Source of the DNA: Octopus sinensis
Taxonomy: Eukaryota
Reading direction: 5' to 3'
Length of the DNA: 64,000 bases
NCBI RefSeq assembly: GCF_006345805.1
Contig: NC_043004.1
Location: forward strand, 89,094,001 to 89,158,000
In this document: piece after piece, positions 24,631-37,749 of the stretch
How the letters are laid out: the number at the start of each line of letters is the position of its first letter
Position numbering within the stretch: the stretch's first letter is position 1
Made by a program: the position numbers and the translations under genes
Notes under the pieces: generated by a model
Told to the model about the DNA's origin: nothing
The model's input: only the letters and a program-made list of their open reading frames with translations
Database searches by the model: none

Positions 24631-25095
24631 ACTTTTCCATTTTTCCTAAGAGTCAAACTAGTACACTTGCTTATTGTTCTTACACCTGTCTTTCTCTTTG
24701 TTTTTCTATAAATTTGAACTATATATATATATATATGTATATATATAAAAGATAAAGACCCCCTTCAGTCATGAATGACCATAGAATTGCACCTAGAAAG
24801 TCCCCCCCCCCCGAGGCACAAGTCTAGGCAAGGTTGTTTATGGAAGACCAGCCTCACCAGCTTCTCCTCTCCACACCACTGATGTCATCCAAGGGAAAGC
24901 CAAAAGGGCCAATACAGCTTGACACCAGTGATGTCGCAACTCATTTTTACAGCTGAGTGAACTGGAGCAACATGAAATAAAGTGACTTGCTCAAGAACAC
25001 AACACACTGCCCAGTCCAGGAATTGAACTCACTACCTCATGATTGTGTACCCGATGCTCTACTGAGTCATGAGCCTTCACACACACACACACATA

Positions 25096-25134
<39 letters not shown>

Positions 25135-25792
25135 AGAAATAGTTAGACAGATAGATAGATAGACAGACAGACAGAAAGAGAGACAGACAGACAGACAGAT
25201 AGATAAATGTTCGTGTTTGTCCCCACTGCTGCTCGACAACCAATATGGTATGTTTACATCCCCATAACTTAGCAGTTTGGCAAAAGAAACCAACAAAATA
25301 AGTGCCAGGCTTTAAAAGATATAAGAACTGGGGTCTATTTGTTTGACTAAATTTCTTCTTCAAGACTGTGCCCCAGCATGGCCGCAGTCTAATGACTGAA
25401 ACAAATAAAAGATAAATGATTCAGCAACAAAGAAAATTTCCTCTGTATATTTATGATAGCCTCAAGAATATTACTGAGCATAGATTATTGATGGAAAGCA
25501 CCTGGACTTTGTTAGCCACATTCCTGTTTTTATACCGTTGTATATACAATTTGATTAAACAACGAGCATATGTCATTCATTGACATTTATCTGACTGCTT
25601 TCTACCTCACTATTATAGAGAAAGGGTACTGTCAAGGGTCTTCTGAAGGTTAACGAATATAATCTGTCATTGAAAGTCATACTGTTTTCTTTATTTGCAT
25701 ATCCTTAATTGTTTCAATCAACTATATTCCATTAAATCCTCCTGTTTATGCCCTTCATAAAATATCTTTCCTTCTCATGTGCTTTTTGTGTG

Positions 25793-25835
<43 letters not shown>

Positions 25836-26499
25836 ATATATATATATATATATATACACACACATATATATATATATATATGTCTCTCTCTCTCACTTGC
25901 TCTCTTGCCCTCTCTCTTGCTCTTTCTCTCACTTTTCTCTCTCTCTCTCTCTCTTTCATATTTTGTGTGTGTGTATGTGAGTGCATATGTGTATATGTAT
26001 GTGTGTGTATGAGTGTGTATCTGTCTCTCTTTTTCTCCCTCTTTCCCTCTCTCACTTACTCTCCCTCTTTCTCTCACCATCTCTCCCTCTTACATGTACC
26101 ATACATATACATTCACAATATACAGAACAATTTTCTCATGAAATATTTCTTCTTTCTTTTTATTGTGATCAAACATGAGTATATATAAGGCTGAATCACT
26201 TCTCCCTTGTTTCATCCTAATTCATACTGACATATTACACCAAGAATCTAAACATATCATATCCATTGTCCTCAAAATATAAAAGATTAGCAAATATCCT
26301 AATCTACTTCCCTCTTTCAAAACAAGTTGCCAACAGAAATTACTCAGGTGCTTCATCTGCATGAAAAAAAAAGAAGAATCAGACATGGTTATACATGCAG
26401 GTATGGCTGTGTGATCAAGAAGCTTGCTACCCAACCATGTAGTCTTGGGTTCAGTTCCATTGCACAGTACCTTTGGCAAATATATATATATATATATAT

Positions 26500-27420
26500 A
26501 CTAGCTGACGTACCCAGTTATTTCCAGGAAAGCGGGGCTTATCCCTTGGTTCTGTTCTCACAACTGTTTTGCTAAACCGGTAACAACAATACAAACTATG
26601 TAGCCCTTAAAACTGTTTTTGTGCATTTACAGAGAATACCAAACTGTCTTACACAGGATCTTGTTTTTAGGAATTCCTAGTAAGTTATGAAAACCCAAAT
26701 TGTGAAGTCAGTTATGTTATAACATGAAATTAATTACCTGATAGTAAGAATTCAAATAAAGTAGCCCTGGAAAGGGCTTTAATACGTTCCCAGATTATAG
26801 AGAACTTAAAAGGAAATACTAATAAGATATGTATATTAAAATCATGAAGCATGTTATGTAATAACAAGCTAATCAGATATGAGATAATAACAATTCAAAG
26901 TAAATAACTCTGAAAAAAGTTTTTGTGCATTCGCAGAGAATATTACCCTCAGTGGTGCTAGTGTTGGTATATTCATGAATAAGTCACTAACTGAAATAAA
27001 TGGATCTATTGTTTAGGAAAATACTATTTACTTGTCTAAGTGTTGATAAATTGCGAAAATAACTCAAATAGTTTAAATACTAAGAATTAAGCATACTCAA
27101 TTAGATTTATACGAAATAATTTACGAACATGAATGGGCTATTTCCCTTTGCTATATATATATATAAAGTTCCCTTTCAGGAGCGAATGGGTTATTTCCCT
27201 TGGATGCTTAAAAATAATATATTAGTTATACGTAGTAGATATAAGAATCCCTTCCAGGGGCCCTATTATCAAATTTTTCAACAATCTACGTATGTCACTA
27301 GTTTTCAAGACATGAGTTCTACTCATGTGTCAAGTTTCATCAAAATCGATAAAACGATGTGGGAGGAGTTAGATAACAACACCACAAACACACTCACAGA
27401 TTTCCACATATGTAGTAGAT
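26500..27420 (+). mobile_element. Non-autonomous Helitron/Helentron-like element
   Basis: Begins actagctgac..ccc and ends ...tgtagtagat, inserted in (TA)n with no evident TSD. Bases 26815-27420 recur inverted at 56795-57320. Confidence 0.55.
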
Positions 27421-27914
27421 ATATATATGTATGTGTGAGGGTGTGTGTGTGTGTGTTTGTGTCTGAGTGTGTGTATGTGTGTGTGTGTGTGTGTGTGTGT
27501 AAATATATACTGAAGAATTGGAAAATTCTGCCTATTCCTGAATTAAATCGTTGATATCTTACCAGCGTTATAATTCAAGGTCTAAGGAGGATAACTCTTT
27601 TACCTTTTTACTTTTTACATTTTAGTTTTTGTGTTTCCATTTTCCATTTTACGTTTTCCATTTTTTACTTTTCGTGTCTCCTATATGGTGCCTTCTCAGT
27701 TTTTTTTTACGTTTCTTCTCTTATTCAATTATTTTTTTCCATTATATGTAGTTTCTGCCTGAAGAATATATTTCAGATATTTCTCAACACATGAAACTAT
27801 TAGTAGAACTTAAAGACATGTATCATGTCCTTTAAATGAATAATATTTATCTCTCACCAGACGGAGTACATTTTGTGCCGAATTTTCTGTCATGGAACAA
27901 TACATTTTATATAC

Positions 27915-27989
<75 letters not shown>

Positions 27990-28354
27990 TCCAGCATGGC
28001 CACAGTCAAATGACTGAAACAAGTCGTTTCAGTCATTTTAGTCGAGCAAATCGACCCCAGGACTTATTCGCTAAGTTACGGGGATGTAAACACACCAGCA
28101 TCGATTGTCAAGCAATGTTGGAGGAACAAACACAGACACACAAACATATACACACACATACATATATATATACATATATACGATGGGTTTCCTTCAGTTT
28201 CCGTCTACCAAATCCACTCACAAGGCTTTGGTCGGCCTGAAGCTATAGTAGAAGACACTTGTCCAAGGTGCCACGCAGTGTAACTGAACCTGGAACCATG
28301 TGGTTGGTAAGCAAGCTACTTAGCACACAGCCACTCCTACACCTATATATATAT

Positions 28355-28388
<34 letters not shown>

Positions 28389-28625
28389 TACAAACTAGCT
28401 TGTCTAGTGCCACATAAGAAGCATCTATGCCAGTGCTGCGTTGCTTCACCTGTGCTGGTGGAATGTAAAAAGAAAACACCCAGCACAATTTGTAAAGTGG
28501 TTGACATTAAGAAGGATATCCAGCCATATAAACCATGCATCAACAGATAGCTGGAGTCAGGACAGTTCCCAGCTCCATGTCAAACCATCCAACCCATGCT
28601 AGCATGGAAAGTGGATGTGAAACCA

Positions 28626-28659
<34 letters not shown>

Positions 28660-28773
28660 ATAGACCCTTCAAGGAAATGGCCCAAAATTGGCCACAATCT
28701 AATATGTGAAATAAAAGATGAAAGTTAAAAGATCTCTCTCTCCCTCTCTCCCTCTCTCTCTCACTCTCATTCT

Positions 28774-28847
<74 letters not shown>

Positions 28848-29474
28848 ATATATATATATATATATATACATATAAAGGCAGCAAGCTGACAGAAACGTTA
28901 GCATGCCGGGCGAAATGCTTTGTAGTATTTCGTCTGCCACTGTGTTCTGAGTTCAAATTCCGCCAAGGTCAACATTGCCTGTCATCCTTTCGGGGTCGAT
29001 AAATTAAGTACCAGTTACGCACTGGGGTCGATGTAATCGACTTAATCCATTTGTCTGTCCTTGTTTGTCCCCTCTATGTTTAGCCCCTTGTGGGCAATTA
29101 AGAAATATATATATATGAGATGTGCTGAAAAGTTCCTGGCTTTCGGTAAAAGAAAATACAGGAGGATCGGTTAATTATGATTTTATACAACACATTCCCC
29201 TCTCAGATTCACATATTTATTGCAGTGGTCCTTCAATTTTCCAAAGCCCTGTAAAAGAACTCAGAAGGTTGGGCCTCCAAATAGGCCTTTCACAATACCC
29301 TTAAAACCAGGAACTTTTTCATAGCCCCTCAGACATATATATAATTACCATTCACCTAAATCTGGATATACACTTCTTTATTCACATCTATGTAGGCTTT
29401 CTCTTTGGTAATGCTTTTCCCTACATACATGCATAAATGTAATTCTTTTCCTAAATAAATTGCACTTCATATTT

Positions 29475-29556
29475 GAGTTTCTGACAAAGAATAACGTGTT
29501 ACTTAGGCACTCAACTATGAGTCCACTGCATCTTATAACCGAAACAGCTGTAAGCT
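29475..29556 (+). ncRNA. Degenerate type I hammerhead-like motif
   Basis: CTGACAA (CTGACGA after CpG decay) at 29481; GAAA-C-agct-G-TA at 29541-29552 with palindromic CAGCTG. Stem II is long and poorly paired. Confidence 0.45.
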
Positions 29557-29698
29557 AATGAAGTTCATAAGATAATTATTTATTCTTTTGTCATCTCATT
29601 TTTCATATACATATATATATATATATATATATAAAACATTATTGGTGAATTGAAGAAATGGAGCTGAACGCAGATTGAACAGAAATCGTTTTATTTCA

Positions 29699-29778
29699 TT
29701 CTACACGTGTTTCGAAAGGCACAAATTACCAAAATCCAATTGAATAATGGGACCATATTGTGTCTTTCTCTTCAGGAA
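29699..29778 (-). ncRNA. Type I hammerhead ribozyme, identical mirror copy
   Basis: Exact reverse complement of 29879-29958 within the left arm. Confidence 0.8.
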
Positions 29779-29878
29779 GAAAAAAGGAAATCCGTTGGAA
29801 AAACAAAAACAGAACAGAGGCGGAGCAAAAACAAATCGAACTAAGCTCCTAAGAGCCCATGGCGAAACTCCTTTTTTC

Positions 29879-29958
29879 TTCCTGAAGAGAAAGACACAAT
29901 ATGGTCCCATTATTCAATTGGATTTTGGTAATTTGTGCCTTTCGAAACACGTGTAGAA
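29879..29958 (+). ncRNA. Type I hammerhead ribozyme, intact core
   Basis: Stem I ttc/gaa; core CTGAAGA 29882-29888; stem II gaaagacacaa/ttgtgcctttc (10 of 11 pairs); GAAA 29944-29947; stem III C-[acgt]-G; GUA cleavage triplet 29953-29955. Confidence 0.8.
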
Positions 29959-32399
29959 TGAAATAAAACGATTTCTGTTCAATCTGCGTTCAGCTCCATT
30001 TCTTCAATTCACCAATAATGTTTTAATTTCAATTATCCGCACCAACGCACGGTTGCAACGCCAGATGGTTGTACCTCCAACCGTGCTGTTTACTGCTGTG
30101 ATTTTTGCTACTAAGGTATCGGTTAAACTTTTGATTAATCTACTACATGATTATTCATCTTTCTATTTCACATAATATATATATATATATATATTCTTTT
30201 ATCTTTTACTTGTTTTTGTCATTAGACTGTGGCCATGCTGGAGCTCCATCTTTAAGAATTCTTAGTTCAATAAATTTACTCCAGTGTTTATTTTTTTTAA
30301 AAACTAGGTATTTATTTTATCGGTCTGTTTTGACTAACCACTAAGTTACAGGAATACAAACACGCTAACACCAGTTGTCAAGCAGTGGTGGAGGACGAAC
30401 ACAGACACATGCATACACACACACACATGCTCACACATACACAATGGGCTTCTTCCACTTTCCATCTACCAAATACACTCACAAGGTTTTCTTAACATGC
30501 AATCACTCTCTGTGTATGTGTATACGTGCATGTGTGTGTGTAAACATACAATTAATGATTTTTTCTTTATCACATCCAACAAGTATATTGAAGTTTATAC
30601 TTTGCTAATGAGGTCCAATAAGACCAAAACATACCCAGAGTTGTCTCCCTTATTTGCAAAACCAATTAAAATAATACATCAACGAGCAAATGTTATCTTT
30701 TCCTCACTGCATAATTATTATTTATAAGCTCTTTGAAATCTAATTAGTTCATTGATCTTTAATTAGCATACTGCAGTAAATATTTCACAGCAAGCTGGCA
30801 GAATCATTAGAAAGTCATACAGAACACTTTGCTGGTTTTTTTGTTCTGGATCTCTGCACTCTGAGTTCAAATACTGATGAGATCAACTTTGCCTTTTATT
30901 CTTTTGGGATCAATAAATAAAGTGTGCCTGTGTGGTGAAGAAGCTGACTTTGCAACCACATGGTTTTGGGTTCAGTCCCATCACATGGCATTTAGCCCAG
31001 GCTGACCAATGCCTTGAACAAATTTGTTAAACAGAGGCTGTGTGGAACCTTGTTGTATATGTGTGTGTGTGTGTACGTATGTGCACGTGTGTGTGTGTCT
31101 GTGCATATGTATGTCTGTGTGTATGTATGTATATGTGTATGTGCGTGTGTCTGTGTGTATGAATCTCTGTGTACAGATATGTGTATATGTGTACATTTGT
31201 GAACCCCCACTCTCAAAACTTGACAACCGGTGTTGGCTTGTTTATGTCTCCATAACTTAGCAGTTCAGCAAAAGAGACCAATAAAATAAGTAACAGACCT
31301 AAGACACTAGTACAGTACTAGAGTCGATTCTCTCTCTCGTTCTTTATTTTCACCCCACCACCCTCTCTCCCCTCTCTCTCCCTCTCTCTCCCTCTCTCTC
31401 CCTCTCTCTCCCTCTCTCTCCCTCTCTCTCCCCCTCTCTCCCTCTCTAAGATAACAGCTCTGGAGAGAGATGGATGTCACTAACTTTAAATGTCCAAAAT
31501 ACTCGATATATCATAATAGCATGCTTACATCTCCATCAGGAGCTGATGGCCCAAGTCGAGACATTCAATGTGATAAAATTCACCCCAAAGCATCTCCTAA
31601 TATAATAATGTGCATAGTGTTTTTATATATTTGTATATATATATATATATATATTTGTCCAGAATCACGCTGGACATAGAGGAGGAGAGACAATAGTAAT
31701 TCAGTGAAGGAGAAGTAGTGAGAGTAATAGCCCTGACTGAGAGGGAGTGAGAGAAAGTAATAGCAATGAGAGAAATGAAGGGGTGATAGATGAATAAGGA
31801 AGGAAGGGGTGAAAAAAATCAGCATTTCAACTGTGTGAGTATATGTGTGTATGTATGTGTACAAGGGAAGTATGTGAATGTTTGTATGTGGGATTATTAT
31901 GTACCTTATTTAAATATGAAATACTACAATTAGCCATCATGGCACATGGTCAGCTAGTAACTTATATTGAAGGAAGGGCACCTATATTGAATAATGATGT
32001 CTCATTACACAAACATTCAGTTCTCCCTCTTACAGTGGATAGTAACAGATCAGACCAGAACATGGCATTCATAAAAATCCTGCCAGGAACAGGATACACC
32101 ATGACATATATTCACAATGAACACAGATACAAGCCAATGAGAGAGTTTTTATGTGTCTGTCTGACCTGATAGTATTAGCAGCCAAATTTCCATCAGAACC
32201 CACCCAAATATATTTGAAATGAAGAATGGTACAAGATTGAGTACACTCTGTTTGAAAAACCAAACCATAAATGGCATAGTGATGTCTTAAATGTCACATC
32301 AAAGTTGTATCCTTAACTGGCTGGAAAACTAAATTAGCTTCTGTTGTCGTTACTGTTTATTAGTAGAATGGACAAGAGTACCCCTCACTATAAAAAGAA

Positions 32400-32630
32400 A
32401 TAAATGTGCCCTTTTAAAGCTTAGCCAGGCTCATGGGCCCGGTTTCCCGGTTTCTATGGCATATGTGTTCCCCAGCTGGATGGGATGTCAGTCCATCATG
32501 GCGTTACTCATATTTGCCAGCTGAGTGGACTGGAGCAACGTGAAATGAAGTGTTTTGCTCAAGAATACAACGCGTTGCCTGGTCCAGGAATTGAAACCAC
32601 AATCTTACTATCATGGTGCTGACACTCTAA
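32400..32630 (-). mobile_element. tRNA-derived SINE family D (C-like head, different tail)
   Basis: Shares cagctgagtggactggagcaacgtgaaat...gctcaagaa with family C but ends in aaaccgggaaaccgggcccatgagcc...gggcacattta. Partial copies at 33158-33238 and 46065-46270. Confidence 0.7.
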
Positions 32631-33599
32631 CTGGGCCTGGTGCAGCCTTCTGGCTACCCAGACCCCAGTTGAACCGTCCAACCCTTGCTAGCATGGAAAG
32701 TGGACACTAAATGATGATGATGATGATGTTACACATGTTTAGCCTATCTCTCTCCAATGACAGAATACCCAGCCTAAGGAATCTTCTCTCGACATGATGT
32801 TCCAATAGTTGGAATATTCTAGGAAAACCTTTCTATTATATAGCTAAATTAAATGTCCTTGTGAGGTCTTGCCAAACTGTTTGTTTTCTCATTTTACTTT
32901 AATCTATATATATATATGTGTGTGTGTGTGTATGGTATGTATGTGTGTATGTATGTATTCATATAAATACTTCCAAACCACATGGTATTGAGTTCAGTCC
33001 CACTGGACAGCACCTTGGGCAAGTGTATTTTACTATAGCTCCAGGCCATCCAAAGCCTTATAAGTGGATTTGCTAATCAGAAACTGAAAGAAAGAAACTT
33101 GGTGTGTGTGTGTTTATTAGTAGAATGGACAAGAGTAGCCCTCACTATAAAAAAAAATAAATGTGCCCTTTTAAAGCCTAGCTAGGCTCATGGGCCCGGT
33201 TTCCCGGTTTCTATGGTATATGTGTTCCCCAGCTGGATGTGTGTGTGTGTGTGCCCTTGTCTTGACATTAATGGTGATTGTAAATGTGCATCATCGTCAT
33301 ACATGCAATCGCCACCATCATCATCATCATCGCCATCATCCTCATTATCATCATCATCATCATTTAAGGTCCACTTCACATGCTGGCACAGGTTGGATGG
33401 CTTGACAGGAATTGGCAAGGCAAGGGGACCACACTGGGTTTCATAGTCTGTTTTGGCTTGTTTTCTACAATTGGCTGCCTTTCCAAATGCTATCTGGGTG
33501 TACTGGGTGCTTTTTACATGACACCATCACCAATTCTGTTTTTGTTGCACCAGCACCAGAGCAGCACCCACATCAATGCATTTTACATGGCACTTTGGT

Positions 33600-33900
33600 T
33601 TTAGGATCTCAATTCTGTTGTGGTGGACAGGTCTTCTTAAGTACAGCAATGCATCACATATTTCAGTCCTCTGCCATGCCTTTCATAAGGTTCAGTATTT
33701 TGAAATGGGCCTTCAATACATCATCTCTTCTTGCGTCTCCATCTTCCACAACTTCTTTCCACTTGAAGTGATCAGCACTTCTTTATGCAACTGTCCTCAT
33801 CCATTCTGCATCACTTGACCAAACTAGCACAGTCTCCTCTCTTGTACACTGCACCTAATTCTCCTTATGACCAACTTCTCTCTCAATATGGATGTGAGTC
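33600..33900 (-). mobile_element. Decayed RTE 3' remnant related to 2267-2611
   Basis: Minus strand LREKLVIRRIRCSVQERRLC*FGQV; continues into a (GAT)n-tailed UTR at 33340-33600. Confidence 0.6.
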
Positions 33901-33993
33901 ATTTTTCAGTTTCCTATGAAAAATTTGTCCAGCCATGGGGAAATATTCCCTCTGCCCTGTGCAAGAATGAGGAAATGGACATTAAACGATGAC

Positions 33994-34198
33994 AATTAGT
34001 TAGTTAGTTAATTTGGCTCAAAAGCAAATAGCAAGGCCATGTAGGGGGACATGGAGTTAAGTACAGGGTGGTGTTCATGTAAAGAGTTCAGGCCACTTGA
34101 GGTCAAGGGAGGCTTTGAACAAAGCGGTCGTCGGCATCTTCACCATCTCGTCTGGCAGCTTGTTCCATGGATCCGCAACCCGGACGGAGAAAGCTCCA
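33994..34198 (-). mobile_element. CR1 LINE extreme 3' end with (AACT)n tail
   Basis: AFSVRVADPWNKLPDEMVKMPTTALFKASLD is the canonical CR1 ORF2 C-terminus. A short UTR and aactaactaactaa follow. CpGs are intact, suggesting a young copy. Confidence 0.85.
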
Positions 34199-34714
34199 AC
34201 GATGACAGCAGCAGCAGTGATGATGGTAGTAACAATAACAGCTATAGTAATGATAATGATGACGACAAAGATAACAAATGCACCATAAACCAAATCAGTT
34301 AAAATTTTAGAGAACTATAAAATCATTCTTAGTTCCCATAAGTAGCTAATTACATGTTTACTATAAATTTAACTTCAGTTCCCTTCACCGATATTGTTGT
34401 ATCATGACAGGTTTAAATATTAAAGGGTTCGACTGTTCCATCAACCTATTTCTGAGGAAGTCACATTGATTACATCATTGACCTGTTAACATTATTAAAT
34501 AACTGGCAAACCGGTAGTTGATGGTAAAGTTTTGAAGCACTTTTATGCTTGCACACATACATACATACATACATGCAACATACATACATACATACATACA
34601 TACATACATACATACATACATACGTGCATGCATACCTACATAAACACATATATGCACTTGTATTTCCAAAGGAATACATAAATACACATAGACTTATAAA
34701 TATGTGCGAGTATG

Positions 34715-34779
<65 letters not shown>

Positions 34780-34873
34780 TATATACACACATATATATAT
34801 GTAAGTATGTATGTTCTTTTATTCTTTTACTTGTTTCAGTCCTTTGACTGCAGCCATGCTGGAGCACCATATG

Positions 34874-34905
<32 letters not shown>

Positions 34906-37749
34906 GAGGGAGAGATAGAGAAAGAGAGAGACACATACATAAATATATACATACACACACACATACATGCATGCATTTTATATACATCTATCTATATTGT
35001 ATATATACATATATATAAAGTATGTACATGTGTGTGTTTGCAAACGGGTATGTGTGTGTGTGTGTGTGTGTGAGTATGTGTGTGCGTGTGTGCACATGCG
35101 TGCTGTTATTACTCAAATAGAGGAAAAAACAGTAGCAGAATTCCATTTCACATGTACCAGCATGAACACATTCATTACCACCATCATACTTGTCATCATG
35201 ACAGGCTTAACGCCTCTATTCCCATGGCCTTGTGATCTATCTGTGACCGCTTTTCTCATCTGAGCAGATGTACAATGCATTATACTTGGACCTCGAACAC
35301 ACATAATTACAATGTCTAGCGGCAATTTGGCAGAATCACTAGCACGCCGGGCGAAATGCTTTGCGGTATTTCGTCTGCCGTTACATTCTGAGTTCAAATT
35401 CCACCGAGGTTGACTTTGCCTTTCATCCTTTCGGGGTTGATTAAACAAGTACCAGTTATGCACTGAGGTTGATGTACCACAGGGCCCAATGCACTGATTT
35501 ATTCTTTTATTTGTTTCAGTCATTTGATGGCAGCCAAGCTGGAGCACCGCCTTTAGTCAAACAAATCGATCTCAGGACTTATTCTTTGTAAGCCTAGTAC
35601 TTATTCTATCGGTCTCGTTTGTCAAACCGCTAAATTACAGGGACATAAACATACCAACATCGGTTGTCAAGAGATGGTGAGAAGACACACAGACATACAA
35701 ACACACACACACAACAATATGACAGGCTTCTTTCAGTTTCTGTCTACCAAATCCACTCACAAGGCTTTGGTTTGTCTGAGGCAATAGTGGAAGATATTCG
35801 CCCAAGGTGCCACGCAGTGAGACGAGAACCTGGAACCATGTGGTTGGTAAGCAAGCTACTTACCACACAGTTACTCTTTTGCCCAAGAACTTATAATGCT
35901 ACTAGACAACAAGATACAAAACTCAGAATATAGAGAGCCAGAACAAACACCACAAGCTATTTCATCCAATGCTGTAATGATTCTGCCATGATCATTTCTC
36001 AGTTGGGTATACAGACAATCAAACTACTCTCAGTATATGACTGGTACCTATATGACTGATATTTAAGAAATCCTGTAGCTGGCTACTTAATGATTCTATA
36101 AGAATTTTTGCGTATTTATTCATAATGTCTAGGCATGTTCTGATGCAAAATATGCTGGTCACTGTAGTGTATGTCACAGGCGAATAACTTCTCTCTTTTA
36201 TGACAGCAGTGTGTTCAACACACTCAGCCTATTGGTGCATGGCATTCTGGAACACCAGTGTTTTGACATGTTGTGTCTCATCAGTCAGAAGTAACCAGAA
36301 CTCTGAGCCCGAAAAAAGCCATAGGCTTTGTTTATTCTTTCAGCAAAGAAATTATATGCAGATTCATTGTTTATATCTGCAAACCAATAAAAAAAATCAT
36401 TATTTGTACCATGTACAGTGAAATCTGGAATGAATATTTGTGTATTTATTCTTAACATAACTCTGCATGTTCTGATGCAAAATATGCTGATCACTATAGC
36501 GTGTCATATTCTTTAAGAATTTATTTCCCGATAATTTTTTGTATCTTAAACCATGTGTTGGGACTAACGTTGTTATATTTTGGAAGAATCATATTATTAA
36601 AGTCTATGAATACACTCACCAGGTGATGTTTGTGTACTTTCTTTCTTCTTTTTCTAAAAATATTTTTCATCATACCAAACTTGCGGCCTTCTCAGTGAGT
36701 AAAGGTTTTAAACTAATACTGAGCTTATCGCACACAGAGCTGAAGTATGCTACAACTCATCAGAAAAGGGGAAAAGAAAGGAAAGAAAGCTGCAATAAGT
36801 GAAGTAAAGACAGACAACAATGAAAGCTAAAACTGCATGCACAGTATACAGGATAAAACAAAATTTTAAAAAATATAGATAAGTGAACAGTACAAGGGGA
36901 TGCTGAAAAGATCCTGGCTTTAAAGGTATCACAAAAGGCTTGGTTGGAGACCCAACCTTCTGAGTTCTTTTACAGGGCTTAGAAAAACTGAAGGACTGTT
37001 GTAATAAATGTGTGAATCTGAGAAGGAAATATGTTGAATGAAATCATAATTAAATGATCCTCATGTATTTTCTTTTATCCAATGCCAGGAACTTTTCAGT
37101 ACCCCATTGTAATGAGGAAAGTATTCGTAAGTAGTTCAAGAGTAATGCTGGCAAATTTCAGGAAGTATGGAATCTTTAAAGAATTCAATGTCATGATAGC
37201 TAACAACCAATATGGGTAGTTTATTCCATTCTTCAACAATTCTGTGCCTGAAAAAGTGCTTCCAAAAGTCATAGGTGCTGTGCTGTGTATTTTTTTTTTT
37301 ATTTTATAAGCAGGTATGTGGGTGGAACTTAAAAAAGTGCCCAAAGTTTTGAAAATATAACCCATTAAGAAGGCCATAGGATTGGTATGGTGAAAAATAT
37401 TTTGGGGAAAGGAAGAAAGAATGCAAAAAAATAAAAGTTAATCGGTTTTAATATTGTGATTCTTTAAGATGGTAAGCTGGTAGAATCGTTACCATGCTGG
37501 GCAAAATGCTTCACAGCATTTCATCCATCTTTAGTGGCACTTCATTCATCATTTCATCCACTCTGAGTTCAAATTCTGCCAAGGCCAACTTTGACTTTCA
37601 TCCTTTTGGGGTTGATGAAATAAATACCAGTTTGGCACTGGTGTTGATATAATAGATTTACCCCTCCTCCAAAATTGCTGGCCTTGTGCCAAAATTTGAA
37701 ATCCAATAATATGACTCTTTAATAATATAATAATCCTAGAAGACTCCCT

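Larger units (their letters stand above)
29632..30175 (+). mobile_element. Penelope-like pLTR-type insert with a perfect 157-bp inverted duplication
   Basis: Arms 29632-29788 and 29869-30025 are exact reverse complements with an 80-bp spacer. Each contains a hammerhead followed by AATAAA. (TA)n lies on both flanks. Confidence 0.75.

Noticed and set aside
27755-27810. ctgaaga...tgaaactattagta as a hammerhead
   Set aside because: Core words are present, but stem II does not close next to GAAA and stem I does not pair.
29701-29956. Two opposite-strand 69-aa ORFs with identical N- and C-termini
   Set aside because: An automatic consequence of the perfect inverted repeat; no coding signature.
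31360-31447. (CCTCTCTCTC)n polypyrimidine array with triplex potential
   Set aside because: An ordinary derivative of (CT)n microsatellites, which are ubiquitous here.
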